DNA from: the human T2T-CHM13v2.0 reference genome, Homo sapiens
Assembly: GCF_009914755.1 (NCBI RefSeq)
Contig: NC_060936.1
Length of the DNA stretch: 64,000 nt
Direction: 5' to 3' (one strand)
In this document: piece by piece, positions 1 through 19,559 of the stretch
Numbering within the stretch: position 1 is the first letter of the stretch
Layout: each line of letters starts with the position of its first letter
Notes under the pieces: generated by a model
What the model was told of the DNA's origin: nothing
The model's database searches: none
The model's input: the letters and a program-made list of their open reading frames with translations, nothing else
Position numbers and translations under genes: made by a program

Positions 1-24
1 AGGTGTGAGGCACTGCGCCCGGCA

Positions 25-709
<685 letters not shown>

Positions 710-757
710 TAGAGGAGATTTGCAATTTTCTGGCTCATTGACCTTTTCCCTGCTCTA

Positions 758-1101
<344 letters not shown>

Positions 1102-2379
1102 GAGAGTTGGCACCTGGAGGGCAGGGATTTGTGCATGTTTTGTTCTTTACTGAACCCTCGTTGCCCCAGCGGTGCTGGGCATACAGCAGGTGCGCTTGGT
1201 CACTGAAAATGCATGAGAGGTTCCGACGCAGTAGTGAGCAACTTGGGATCCCATCTCACAGATCTCCACTTACCCTCTGCCTCGGGGGTCCCCCAGCAGG
1301 CGCCAGTGCCTGGGGCTGCCATGGAGAAAGCTGACCTGGAGACTCTCCAGGGCTGGCGTTGTTCCAGATGCTCACACGCTTACTACAGAAAGACTGGGGG
1401 ACGGGAGTGGTTAAGGTGTTGACAAGAAAGTAATTGAAATGGCGGAGCATGGAATCTCCCCAGAACTGGGAGAAAAGCTCGGAGGGACTGTGGGTCCGAG
1501 GGGGCAGAGGTCAATGGTCTGGAATTCCGAGGAGGCCAAAGGACTCATAATGGAAGGATTGAGGGGATGAGAGACTGCGATGGATTGTGTATAAACTAAC
1601 AATAAGGGCGCTAAGCTATTACTGTGGTGTGGCTTAGAGATCTTCAGCCTTGAGTAATTGAATTGAAAGCTAAGTTGAATTGAAAACCCAACCTAAATTG
1701 TCTTGGACAATAAAGGGAATGTAATGGCTTTTGCCATAAGAAGGCTGGAGGCAGGGCCTCCTCAGGGTGGTTTTCCAGCAGAGGACAGGGACAGGAGTCC
1801 ACTTATCTCCGTCTCCTGCATCTGCTTCCCTCTCCTGGCAGAATCTTCTCGCCAGCCCCTCCTGGGTCTCCCTGAATCCCAGGTCAGGCCCATGGAGAAC
1901 CTCTGAGGTTGAGTCTCTGAAAACACGACCCAGGTCCCAGAATTGAACGTCTAGGGGTGGGTGTGTGGAGAGCCGGATGTTTTGATTGGCATGAGCCTGC
2001 AGGAGCACCCTTGGATCTGGAGATGGGGCTCGTCCTCCTCAAGTAAGTGCCAGGGAGGGTCGAGGTATTAGGAAGGAGCGTGTGGGAACAGACACTAGAG
2101 GCAACACCCCGCCCAAAAGCGTCACTCGTCCGTATGGAGAAGGGAAATGGGAAACGCAGGCCTCCGGGAACTTCTGAAGATGTAGAGGACTAACAGGTGT
2201 TGTGGATCTTGAAGGAGTGAGAAATACCATTAGGGAGGTTGGAATTGGGGAGATTCTCACAGATGTTGAAATGCCTGGCTTCTCTGGGTAGATTGGTGAC
2301 CTTGTAGCAGTGAGTAGCTCCTCGATCAGCTGGGTGCCGACTGCCAGAGCCAGTGGGGTCTGACCTTGCACTCTCGCCT

Positions 2380-3385
<1,006 letters not shown>

Positions 3386-3594
3386 GGGGCCTGACCCTGC
3401 AGATGGGCGTCCCCTCCTGTTCGGTGCAGAGCTCATCCTGTCTTATGATTTCACCATCCTCACCTCCAGTTCATTGAATTTCACCTGATCTCAATTGACA
3501 TTTGAGTTCAAGACACTTCCTGATCTAGTCACTTTGCCTGTTAGGTGATTGAATTTTTGCAGTCTTTTAAAAAAGAGTTCCTGTGTGTATTCTA

Positions 3595-3952
3595 TTTTTT
3601 TTTTTTTTTTGAGGCAGAGTCTTGCTCTGTCATGGCTTACTGCAACCTCTGTGTCCCAGGTTCAAGCAATTCTCCTGCCTCAGCCTCCTGAATAGCTGGC
3701 ATTACAGGCATGCACCACCATACCCAGCTACTTTTTGTATTTTTAGTAGAGACGGGGTTTCACCATGTTGGCCAGGCTGGTCTCAAACTCCTGACCTCAT
3801 GTGATCCACCTGCCTCAGCCTGTTGGGATTACGGTCACTCCAGCCTGGGCGACAGAGTGAGACTCCATCTCAAAAAGTAAATAAATTTGCACTCCAGCAA
3901 ATATTTTTGAGACTGTCTCAAAACAACAACAACAAAAAAACAAAACCAAAAC
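3595..3952. mobile_element. Rearranged Alu cluster: antisense Alu fused to two sense Alu 3' ends
   Basis: Antisense Alu 3595-3835, then CACTCCAGCCTGGG...CTCAAAAA (3836-3885) and GCACTCCAGC...CTCAAAACAAC (3889-3952). Confidence 0.85.
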
Positions 3953-4314
3953 ACAGAAATGACCAAACTCTACTGTACACTCAAGTAAAGAGTCTGGTTG
4001 CTGGCCGGGGAGCCACAGAGCGTCTGTGAATCTTGAGTCAGGCGCGCACACATAGGCTTCTTCTCTTTGTGGACCTGCCAAGTGCCCAAAATCTCTATGG
4101 GAGATGCTTTTGTTTTCAAGAAAGCCTTTTTAAATCAAATCAGAATTATTTGGGAATAATAGGTGCTTAGTGAATTTATTAGTTGAATTGAATTATTACT
4201 TGACAGAAGGAGAGAACATAGATCGATTTAAAGGTGTTGCAAGTCAGCCAGAAACAAGGGTACAATTTTAGTTCATGAATAATTTAGATTAGACAAATTT
4301 ATTTAGAATATTTA

Positions 4315-4695
<381 letters not shown>

Positions 4696-5561
4696 CTATG
4701 TAACCACCTGCATTCCACGCACTCTGCTGTATCGATTCTGCATAAGTCATGAGTCCCTCAGGAATGGACTCTCCAAGTAGAATTCAGCCCCTTTTCCATC
4801 TATCAGTGTTTATTTTTGGCTTCTCATTTCTTAGAGCTTTACGAAGAACATAAAATAGCAATTATTCAACCATGGTCAGAAGCATGTTGAATCCTTATTT
4901 TTGTGTGATGTATTTTATATTTTTTTAGGCTGAAGCGAGCTGATAGCTTGACTGCTGCAGGCATCTTTCCTGATCCTGCTGGTCAGTTACCTTCAGCATT
5001 TCCAAAGGATACTAGGTTTGGTGGGGAGAGAAGGAATGTTACTGACCCACAATGACTGGATCAAAATTAACAGTGAAAATGGTAGGCTCAAGATACACGA
5101 TGCACTTCAGTAAGTTAAACCAACCTAAGTCTCAAGACCCTAGTTATTCTTTATTTGCACAGTGATGTTGTGACACTTTACGTTATGAAAAAGAAACAGA
5201 AAGAGAGAGAGAAAAATATCATCCACATATTAGTACAGTGTAGAATCTCACCATATGCCCCAGGGTCAGACGATTTGAACCTCATGTTTCTCTGTGGCTC
5301 CCACAGTCCTAGCAACTTGGTCATTTTATGAACACAGTGTTTAAAGGCTCTAGACCTCCCCCTACTTCCTCCTCCTCTGATCTTTGTCCTCCTCTTCTTT
5401 GTTTTACTCATGATTTTGTGCAATATTGCTCCTAAATGCACACCAGTTAATTCACCTGGTGTTCAGCTGAATAAATAACTATTTCATTGCTGGAATTACA
5501 AAAGAAAAAAGGGCTAGGTTGGACTTGAACTTTGTTCTATAGTACTGTCTGGATGATTTAA

Positions 5562-5897
<336 letters not shown>

Positions 5898-6547
5898 GAT
5901 TCAAGGGTACTTTTAAGTGTACTTGATTTTCATGTATGTGCTGATTTTGTAATCAGTGCCCCAAGTAAGATGTGACTCCATCTTCCCTATAAATGCAGTG
6001 CAGAGGGGTTATAACAGAGATAGGCTCAAAACAAAATGGGAATTTTGAGAGACTGTGGTGTGTAGGAACTGGGGCTGTCAGGAGAGTTCTCTGGAAGGAG
6101 CTGGCACTAGGAAGTGTCATGTCAGCGGCGTGGAGACTCAAGAAGGAAGCGTGATGTGCCAGAGGTCCTGCTGTGGGAGGGTGGTTGGAGTGGAGTGCAC
6201 TTCTGCCATGCAGGGTGAGCTGTGTTCTGGGCTGAGGCATTTATCCCAGAGACACGCTCAGCCATTAGTTGATTCCCTAAGCAGGATAGAAATGGTCCCC
6301 ATTCTCATGCCACTGACAGTTGAGCTGAATACGGTGAGCTCTTTGCAGGTTTTAATCAGAAAAGAGACCTGGTCCCATTTGTTGTGTATCTACATACACA
6401 CGCACGCTCACACTCACACACATACACACCTCAAACAATTTAAAAAGATAATATATGCATGTGGTAAAAACTATCCAACAATACAAAAGCTCGTGTGTCT
6501 CTTTCTTTCTTTCTCTTTCTCTGTCTCTCTCTCTCTCTTGCTCTCTG

Positions 6548-6849
6548 TTTCTTTCTTTCATTTTGAGACAGGGTCTCGCTCTGTTGAGACCCAGGCTGAA
6601 GTGTAGTCGCATGATCATGGCTCACTGCAGCCTTGAATTCCTGGACTCATCGATCCTCCCATCTCAGCCTCCCAAACAGCTGGGATGACGGGTGCATGTC
6701 ACCACACCCAGGTAATTTTTTAAATTTTTTGTAGAGACAGAGTTTCATCATGTTGTCTAGGCTGGTCTCGAACTCCTGAGCCCAAATGATCCTCCGACCT
6801 CTGCCTCCCAAAGTGCTGTGATTACAGGTGGGAGCCACTGCACCTGGCC
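6548..6849 (-). mobile_element. Alu (J-type) with CT-rich tail
   Basis: Diverged dimer. Confidence 0.9.
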
Positions 6850-7449
6850 TGACTCTCCTCTTTGGACACAATCATTGTTATCTCTTTTTAATGTATCCTT
6901 CTAGAGATATTCTATGCCCACACAGTGTATATACCCAAAAGTATTCTTCACTGTGCTCTGTTTTCATTAATAGTGAATCTTGGAATTCATTCTTAATACT
7001 TCATAGTGATCTATTGCATTCTTTTGATGGCAAAAGAACATGATTAGGTCCATCTACCATAATATAACGAGGGCCCTGCGGATGCACGGTGAGGTAGTTT
7101 TTTGGTCTTTTTGCTACTTCACAGCTGCAGTGCGTATTCCTGGGTGCATGCTTTTGCACATATATCCAAGTCCATCTTTGGAATAAATATCTAGAAGTGG
7201 AGTTATTTGGTCACAGGGTTTGTGCATTTAAAATTTTCTAGCTGCTGTTGCATTGCCCACTAGAGAGGTTGTACCAATTTGCTCTCTCACAGATAATGTA
7301 TAGGAGTGTTTATTTCAGGAGGCCTCAGGTCAACATTTTAATCTTTACAGATTTTCTGGATTAAAAAGATGGCTGATATTGAGCATCATTTTCTTTGTTC
7401 AAGAGTCCAGTTGTATTTCTTTTTCTATGGACTGCAATTTTGTGCCCAT

Positions 7450-7847
<398 letters not shown>

Positions 7848-7850
<3 letters not shown>

Positions 7851-8422
7851 CACTCTGTTGCCCAGGCTGGAGTGCAGTGGCACGATCTTGGCTCACTGCA
7901 ACGTTTGCCTCCCGGGTTCAAGCAATTCTCGTGCCTCAGCCTCCCCAGTAGCTAGGATTACAGGCATGCACCACCACACCTGGCTAATTTTTGTATTTTT
8001 AGTAGAGACAGGATTTCACCCTGTTGGCCAGGCTGGTCTTGAACTCCTGACCTCAAGTGATCTGCCTGCCTCAGCCTCCCAGAGTGCTGGGATTACAGGC
8101 TTGAGCCACTGTGGCTGGCTTTTTTTTTTTTTTTTTTTTGAGACAGGGTCTTGCTCTGTCACCTAGGCTGGAGTACAGTGGCACAGTCGTAGCTCACTCA
8201 GCCTCGACCTCATAGGCTCAAGCAGTAGTCCCATCTCAGTCTCCCAAGTAGCTAGGACTACAGGTATGTGTCACCATGCCCAGTGCATTAAAAAATATTT
8301 TTTATAGAGACAGGGTTTCACCATATTGACCAGGCTGGTCTCAAACTCCTGGGCTCAAGCAATCTGTCTGCCTCGAACTCTCAAAGTGCTGGGATTACAG
8401 GCGTGAGCCACCTCACCCAGCC
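7848..8422 (-). mobile_element. Two tandem antisense Alus (about 7848-8118 and 8120-8422)
   Basis: Two dimers, S-type and J-type. Confidence 0.93.
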
Positions 8423-8691
8423 CTCATGTCCGTTTTCCTATTGTGTTGTTAGCCTTTTTTCTTTATTGATTTACGAATGCTCTTTATATATTAAGCAGAT
8501 GAGCCTTTTTCTATAGTAACAGTCGTAAATAGTTTTTTCCCCAGTTTCTCATTTGTCTTCTGATTTTGTTCATGTTGTTGTCACTATTGAAAAAATTTCT
8601 TTTTTGTTTATGAGGTATTTTATATTTATGTTACCAGGAGCTGAAACTAAGGTGGAGACAAAGAGAAGAGACATGTTTGAAAGACATAAAT

Positions 8692-8693
<2 letters not shown>

Positions 8694-8730
<37 letters not shown>
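8694..8730. repeat. (TG)18 microsatellite
   Basis: Perfect dinucleotide run. Confidence 0.97.
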
Positions 8731-8732
<2 letters not shown>

Positions 8733-9149
8733 CAGGTAGAATGGAAAAACCAGGAAGTATTTTTTTTGAAGCTATGATAATAGGTGACTTTTGAAGTCTT
8801 TTCAAAGAACCGAGCAACAGAGGCCCAAAAACAATCTTTAGATACCACAATTCAGGGACAGGAGAGAAAATGTGGAATTAAGGAAATAGAAAAGGAGCTG
8901 CTGTCTGGTATGGCAAATGCCACTGGAGGTGGCAGTGTGTGCCCCATGTCTGAAGGCTGTCAGGGCCTCCTGGGTCAATCTTCCTTCCAATGGCCTCGGT
9001 TCCAGCCACAGTCCTGGGTATCTGAGACTGGCAGATGAATGGCTAATGTCATTGATTCTAGGCCTTCTTTTGTATTTTAAGGCAGGGTGCTTACAAAGGG
9101 TGATTCAGTAAATAAGTCATCTTGTGGAATTCATTTAAAATCTTAATCA

Positions 9150-9474
<325 letters not shown>

Positions 9475-9552
9475 GTCTTAACTGTAGCAGCAACCTGTTA
9501 CATATTAACATTTTCCCCTCATCTTCTCCTTTCTCTGTATTTTTTGATAAAG

Positions 9553-9701
9553 GGCCCATCTAGAGGCTGCAGGGCACGTGTGCGTTTTGAAGGATGCCTT
9601 TGACTTTGAAAGCCGATCTGAGATTGCAAACCTCATCTTGGCTGAGAACTGCGAGGCTGCCCTGGCTCTTCATCTCTATAGGGGAGGCAGGCTTTTGCAA
9701 G
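9553..9701 (+). CDS. GLT1D1: GLT1D1 internal coding exon (exon 2), (R)[49 protein letters not shown](G)
   Basis: Pyrimidine tract then AAG acceptor (AG 9551-9552); donor CAAG|GTAATC; 149 nt, phase 2 to phase 1; open frame; peptide recognised as GLT1D1. Confidence 0.96.
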
Positions 9702-9934
9702 GTAATCCTCTTTTTCTTCAAAAGTAAAACACTAGAAATTCTGAAAACCGGAAGTGCCTGTAATGTCCAATAACACGGGAAACAGTGTCTCCTTTTTATC
9801 CAGTTCAGAAATGGGAGACATGCAATAATCTCTTTGGTTTGCTTTCTTAATGCACAATTTTCTTAAATGTTATAACAGTCAAGAATGGATGTGTATTGAA
9901 ACTGTTTTTACCATATTAAAAGTATCATCCTTAA

Positions 9935-10246
<312 letters not shown>

Positions 10247-11352
10247 CTGAATTTTTTCAATGCATATTTCATCTTTCAAAATATATTTTTTTCAAAAGAA
10301 TTCTTTTACAAATAGAGCACTTATGAAAGATGTTGTTCAACCCATCAATTTATGAGGAAACTACTAAGATGTTAAAACCAGTTTAAAGCACATTTGAGCA
10401 ACTGGAGTTTAAATAAGCAATTTAATAAAGAATATCAGAGTAAATTCACGAGGTTAGTTGCAGAACTGATTAACATCCAACAAGGCAATGGGCCCCAAGC
10501 TTTGGAAGTATCTCTTCTACTGGACAGAAATGATTTACGTCTCTCCCTGACACAAAGCTACAAATGGCTTAATGTAACTTCACAGAGTATGAGCTTTCAA
10601 TTAATAGTAAATAGTGAAGTCAAACAACAATACACTCTCTCAGAAAATGAGTCTTTAGAGGACCCTTTTAATTATGGCTTCCTAGAACATTGCAAGAAAA
10701 TGCATGTGGACCTTATTTATTCTTATTATTCTTGACCTTATTTTCAGGTTGTGGAAAATTTTTCTTAACACTCACAAGACCCATCTGACTTTACTGAGAG
10801 TATAGCAGCCACCAAATAAAGGCAAGACAGATATTTTTGTTATTGTCTGGCCTGAGTGATTTCCTCAAACATGAATTAAATGACATAGTAGTGGTATCAT
10901 TTGTGCTGCACCATTTTAAGGGATAGTAATAGCATGTCATTGGAGGATCAAAATTTGCTCTAGTCATCATCACATCAGGATTAAATTTTGGTCAGCAAAA
11001 TGTGTCACACTTTCAAAAATTTTAGAGGTTTTTTACTGAAGGTGATTTTTTCATTTTTCCACACTGTATCAAACCTTATTTAAGCTCCAGCTCTTTTTCC
11101 TGCCTCCTGTTCCACAGGAAGTTGAGCCCTCTCTGAACACTCTCTTCATATATGGGCACATCTTACTATGTGTTCTTTTTTATTTTTTCAGGTAATACAT
11201 GAAAAATTGCCCCGGTGTAAAATGTAACTGAGTGGTATAGTATGAAAAGTAAGCCTGTCTCCCACCTCTTATCCCCACTGTATTATTTCTCATTTCCAGA
11301 GGTAACCACAGTTAACATTTTCTTGTGGATATTCTCCTAGAAATATATGTAC

Positions 11353-11815
11353 TGTATTGATTATCTATTATTACATAACAAATTACCCCCTGCCCCAACT
11401 TAGTTGCTTATCGCAGTACATTTGTTATCTAATGGTTCCTGTGGGCATTCAAAAGCAGCTTAGCTGGGTGGTCTGTCTCAGGGTTTCCCATGAGGCTGCA
11501 GTCTTATCTGGTGGCTTGACTGGGGCTTGCTGATGTGCATCCATTATAGTGCACTCACAAGGCCGTTGGTGGGAGGTCTCAGTTCCTTACCACATGGTCC
11601 TCTCCATGGCCCTCTTGAGTGTCCTCACGATGTGATGGCCAGCTTCTCCCTGAGAGAACCATCAAAAGAAAAGCAAGTTGGAATTTGCCTTATTTTTCAT
11701 GACCCAGGCTCAGAAGTCAATACAACATGAATCCCACAATATCCTTCTGATTACACAGGTCAGCACTATTCAGTGTGAGAGGGCACTACACAGAGCATGC
11801 ATATGAGGAGGTTCA
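11353..11815 (-). mobile_element. MLT1-family (MaLR) LTR
   Basis: TGTATT..TTATCTATT..CATAACAAATTACCCC..AACTTAGT..GCTTA start; AGCTTAGCTGGGTGGT..CTCAGGGT..CATGAGG body. Confidence 0.75.
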
Positions 11816-12245
11816 TGTACACCCATGCATGTATTTATATGTACCTCCTCCCCCATCTTAAACACACACACACAAATGGAAGCCCACCGCTGAATATATA
11901 TTCAGCATCTTCCTTTTCACCGCTCAGCCACACATCTGGGAACTTTCTCCCATAGTGGCACATACATAGATCTGTCTCATCCATTGTGCAGAGGTGCCAT
12001 CATTTAAAGTCTTCAATAAATAAATGTTTACATTGTCTTTAATTTTTCTATTTCACCTTTTAGAATGCTTGTCTCTGTACAGACATCATAGCATACCAAC
12101 TTGGGAGAATATATTTGTGCTTCCATATTTTTGCATCCGTGCCTGAACAATCTAAATGAACTGTTTTCTGTATATGCGGAGAGTGTTTCTGAAAGTATTA
12201 TTTCTAGAGAGTTATTTTCTGCTGAACAAGTATATGACTTTGAAT

Positions 12246-12553
12246 TTTTTTTTTCTTTTTTTTTGACACAGGGTCTCACTCTGTTACCCAGGCTGGAGTG
12301 CAGTGATACAATCTTGGCTCACTGCAACCTCCATTTCATGGGCTGAAATAACCCTCCCACCTCAGCCTCCCAAGTACAGGCATGTGGGACTGCAGGCATG
12401 TGCCACCATGCCCGGCTATTTTTTTGGTATATTTTTAGAGACAAGGTCTTGCCATGTTGCCCAGGCTGGTCTTGAACTCCTGGACTCAACCAATCCACCC
12501 ACCTTGGCCTCCTAAAGTGCTGAGATTAAAGGCATGAGCCACTGCACCCAGCC
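12246..12553 (-). mobile_element. Alu (J-type)
   Basis: Antisense dimer; TSD TTGAATT. Confidence 0.92.
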
Positions 12554-12784
12554 TTGAATTCAGTTTTAAGTGTAGTGAAACACAGTCTGAGCTTTGTCTC
12601 TGAATGTGAAAGAAGTGTAGAGTTTAACTTTCCTTATAGGCCAAGATGAAGTTCGGAATCCCTGATAGCTCAGTAGGAACCTTTGTAAGGTTGTCACTGA
12701 CTGTTGCAACTCTTTCATGCAGTCACAAAGCCTCAGCCCTGAGTTTAGTGATTCTGTTGACAGTGAGTTGTGTTGTTTTCTTTT

Positions 12785-12965
12785 CTTTTTTTCTTCAGCT
12801 TTTAAGTTCAGCAGTACATGTGCAGGATGTGCAGATTTGTTACATAGGTAAACGTGTGCCATGGTGGTTTGCTGTACAGATCATCCCATCACTTAGGTAT
12901 TAAGACCAGAATCCATTAGCTATTCTTCCTGATGTTCTCCCTCTTCCCCCACCCCACCCCCAACA
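12785..12965 (-). mobile_element. L1PA-type 3'-end fragment
   Basis: GTACATGTGCAGGATGTGCAG..TTGTTACATAGGTAAACGTGTGCCATGGTGGTTTGCTG. Confidence 0.9.
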
Positions 12966-13011
12966 AGTTGTCAAGTTGTGTCATTTTCTGTAAAGTGATA
13001 CTTATTATTTT

Positions 13012-13120
<109 letters not shown>

Positions 13121-13418
13121 TTTTTGGGGGGGTGGGCAGAGTCTCACTCTGTGGCCCAGGCTGGAGTGCAGTGGCATGATCTTGGCTCACTGCAGCCTCT
13201 GCCTAGCAGGCTTAAGTAATTCTTGTGCCTCAGCCTCCAGAATAGCTGGGATTAACAGGTGTGCACCACCATGCCCAGCTACTTTTTGTGTTTTTAGTAG
13301 AAACGGGCTTTCACTGTGTTGGCCAGGCTGGTCTCCATCTCCTGGCTTAAAGTTGTTTGCCCGCCTCGGCCTCCCAAAGTGCTGGGATTACAGGCGGGAG
13401 CCACCAAGTGCAGCCGGC
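13121..13418 (-). mobile_element. Alu
   Basis: Antisense dimer. Confidence 0.92.
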
Positions 13419-14601
13419 CCCTGTTATTTCTTTTTAAAGGTTTTACACACATATGTGGAACATTTTATTCCCACAAGTGGGATTAGGTCTGTATATTTAA
13501 CTCATATCTTAGCTACTTTTCCAAATCCACAAAGCTACATTCTTTTTATTGGCTGTGAGGTATTCCACTGTGACAATGCACCATACTTATTAAAAGTCTC
13601 TCTTGTTTTTTTGCTATTCCAAGCAAGGCTGAAGTGTTTTCGATTACATTTCTTTACACCATTGTATGTGGATGTTGGAAATATAAATTCCTAGGAAAGC
13701 CTGTGGGTCAAAGGGCTGTGTAACTTTTGTTTTGATTGACAGTGACAAAATGCTATATGGAAAGGTTATTCCAGTTCGTATTCTACTAACAGATGGGCAA
13801 GGACTTATTTCTCCTCTAGTCAGATTGCTGGATTTTTGTTTTTTCCTTCAAACTTACAGTTCTCAATTTTACCATGCTTGACCTCTGCTTCAAATAAACA
13901 AAGTCATCTGAAGTTAGGTTTGCTTCTTTTAAGAGTTGAAGGAGGAGAGGAGCCCTCTGCAAAACCAACCTATTGCCCAGAGGAAAAAAATCAATTACAT
14001 TGCTCAATCTAATAAATATCGAGAACTGAAGCCATGCTTACTCTTAGTAAATGTGGTTAAACTTTTACTTGTTCATTCCTAGTTGTTGTCCATATGGAAA
14101 TTAAACTGTATTTATTCCTCAGGGTTATGTTTTTGAAGGTTAAAGTCTCTCTGTGTAGCATCATGTGTAAAAAGCACCAGAACCATTGTCAGTAAGAAGA
14201 GCTGTCCCTGTGCACCGTGAGGTTTTCACTTAGCAAAGTATCTGGGGACCTTCTCTGCACCAGTTGCAGACATTGAGTTGCCCTACCCTGTCATTAACTG
14301 GCTGTGTGATATTTCATTCTGTGCATACACTACACATTTCTTAGACAGCCTTCTATTGATTAAACTGTATTTAAAAATATATAGTTCTTATTGATTTTTA
14401 AATTACTTATAGAGGTGATTTGGAAACTATGTAAAAATACAAAGAAGAAAATATGGCACCTGCAGTTTCGCCACCCAGAAACGACCACTGTTTGTGTGTG
14501 TGTTTTTGGTTTTATTTATGTTTTTATTCAAAATTAAGTTTGCAAAAAAGATATAATTTTACAATTAAGCTTGCAACTTCTTTTAAAAAATATTTGTAGT
14601 C

Positions 14602-15356
<755 letters not shown>

Positions 15357-15936
15357 TTAGTATGTGCTAAGCACTTTGATAAATGCTTTGGATGCAGAGA
15401 TACTGCTGTATCTGACTCTTGCTCTGTAGTTTGTGTGTATATTTTAAAAATTGCAATCATATTATACTTTTAATTGCGTAACCTATTTTACAATATGTTA
15501 GAAATAGATGGTCTATATTTCCTCTGTCATTGAATGTTCTTTTGCAGCAAGTTATGAATGGTCCCGTCCTATTTCCATTTCTCCCCTCAGTTTTAAACAA
15601 TATCATGATGAACAGCCTTCTGCATAAACCTTTGGAGCCCATTTCCTTTAGGATTTTCCAGAAATAACCTTGCAGGATCAAAGGGTATATGCATTTTTAA
15701 AGCTTTTCATACATATTGCCAAGTTATAACTAGTCACATTTATATAACTGTGTATATTAAATATTGCTAAGTAAAACCTTAACAGCTTGGAGAAGTGGAA
15801 GTTTGCTTTTCTGTTTAAAATTAGTATTTGCTGAGAAAATAATTATATAAAATAGCTAAGTAGAATATGCAAATAATGGAAAATAGCACATTAACAACAT
15901 TAATACACATTACGGATATATTGCAGGTATAACGCA

Positions 15937-16241
15937 ATTTTTTTTTTTTTTTTTTTTGAGACAGAGTCTGGCTCTTGTTGCCCAGGCTGGAGTACAATGG
16001 TGAGATCTTGGCTCACTGAACCTCCACCTCCCGGGTTCAAGCAGTTCTCCTGTCTCAGCCTCTCGAGTAGCTGGGATTATAGGCGCCCACCACCATGCCC
16101 TGCTAATTTTTGTATTTTTAGTAGAGATGGGATTTCACTATGTTGGCGAGGCTAGTCTCGAATCCTGACCTCAGGTGACCCACCACCTACCTTGGCCTCC
16201 CAAAATGCTGGGATTACAGGTGTGAGCCACCACACCCAGCC
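15937..16241 (-). mobile_element. Alu (S-type)
   Basis: Full antisense dimer. Confidence 0.95.
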
Positions 16242-16559
16242 TGCAAATGTTTTAAAGAACAATATCAACTTTCATTCCTTAAGGTATGGACCAATTATTA
16301 TATGAACGTCAAAGTAACACATTATATTTGTTTCTCCCTCTTGGGCATGTCTGTAAGATATTTTTGGCATGCATACCGATCCATCGTTTCAAGTGTGTGT
16401 GAACAGAACTTTACAGGTATCCTTAACTTAGATGGAATGGAACCTGTTCCCAGGTAGTGTGCTTTCTGGACTCTTTCCTATACACCCTAAATGGCACACA
16501 AGGAAAAACTTAACTTGATGCTGGCCAAGAGTGTGTTAATCAAGCTCCTCCTCTTTCTA

Positions 16560-16886
16560 TTTATTTATTTATTTATTTATTTATTTATATTTTTAATTTT
16601 TTTTTTTGAGACGGAGTCTCACTCTGTCGCCAGGCTGTAGTGTAGTGGTGGGATCTCGGCTCACCGCAACCTCTGACTCCCCTGGTTCAAGCAATTCTCC
16701 TGCCTCAGCCTCTTGAGTAGCTGGGATTACGAGCACGCGCCACCACGCCCAGCTAATTTTTGTATTTTTAGTGGAGACGGGTTTCATCATGTTGGCCAGG
16801 ATGGTCTCCATCTCCTGACCTCGTTATCTGCCCGCCTGGGCCTCCCAAAGTGCTGGGATTAGAGGCGTGAGCCACCACGCCCAGCC
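16560..16886 (-). mobile_element. Alu (Sc-like) with (TTTA)n tail
   Basis: TCGCCAGGCTG one-base deletion and CCAGGATGGTCTC. Confidence 0.92.
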
Positions 16887-16971
16887 TTCTTTCTTTTTAA
16901 GAATATGCTTTAGGCTTGAGCCTAATAAGGAAGCAGATAAGGTCGGGTGGCTGATTGAGAAGCCAAGTTTA

Positions 16972-17296
<325 letters not shown>

Positions 17297-17669
17297 CTAT
17301 GATTTTCTGTTTTTCTCAGCCGATTACTGGGAGAGACAAACCTCTAGCACAAGTACTGATTTAGGAATAAGACCCTTACGTGGGTGGCTCCGAGTCAACT
17401 CACTTGGAAAATAGCTTGTGTGCTACTCTTCATTCTCAGTGCATTTCAGCAAATGCTCTTTGAGGACCTAACTTTGAGTGCCATCATATTAGAGCAAGGG
17501 GTGCAGACATAAATAAGAGAATCTTCTAGTCTATAAATAAAACCCAAGACCTTATGATACATGGCATGACATAGAAGGGAAAGGATTTACTTCTGAGAGA
17601 CCTGGAGAAGATTTCAGAAACAAGGGATGACTGAATAGGGTTTTGAAGAGTGAATAAGAGTTTATAAAT

Positions 17670-19192
<1,523 letters not shown>

Positions 19193-19559
19193 TAGCAATT
19201 TTCAAGTGTACAATACATTGTTATTTACTACAGTCACTGAGTAGCTTGGCCAAAGGCATGCCTGTTCTAGGCGGAGAAGCAGAATTCTAACCTGGGGCTG
19301 TCTGGAGTGAAAGTCCTGTGATTTCTCCAGATAGGTCAAATTAGCTTTGACATATATGAGTTATTGCTGCTGGTCTGATTGAGTAAGAAAGGGCTGTCAT
19401 CTTAAGTACTAAATATGTTCACACCTTTTAAACAACCTCGTTGATAGTGTGTATCTTTTAGGTGTCTATTTTTCTGTCTTTGGGAATTTCACTGAAAACG
19501 ACTCTCCCACTGTTTTACTTAGCCTCCTTTAGTAGCAGTTTTTATTGGGGGAATATCCC

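Noticed and set aside
10394-10735. 113-aa ORF in non-Alu DNA
   Set aside because: Non-ATG start, no recognisable domain or splice context; consistent with chance.
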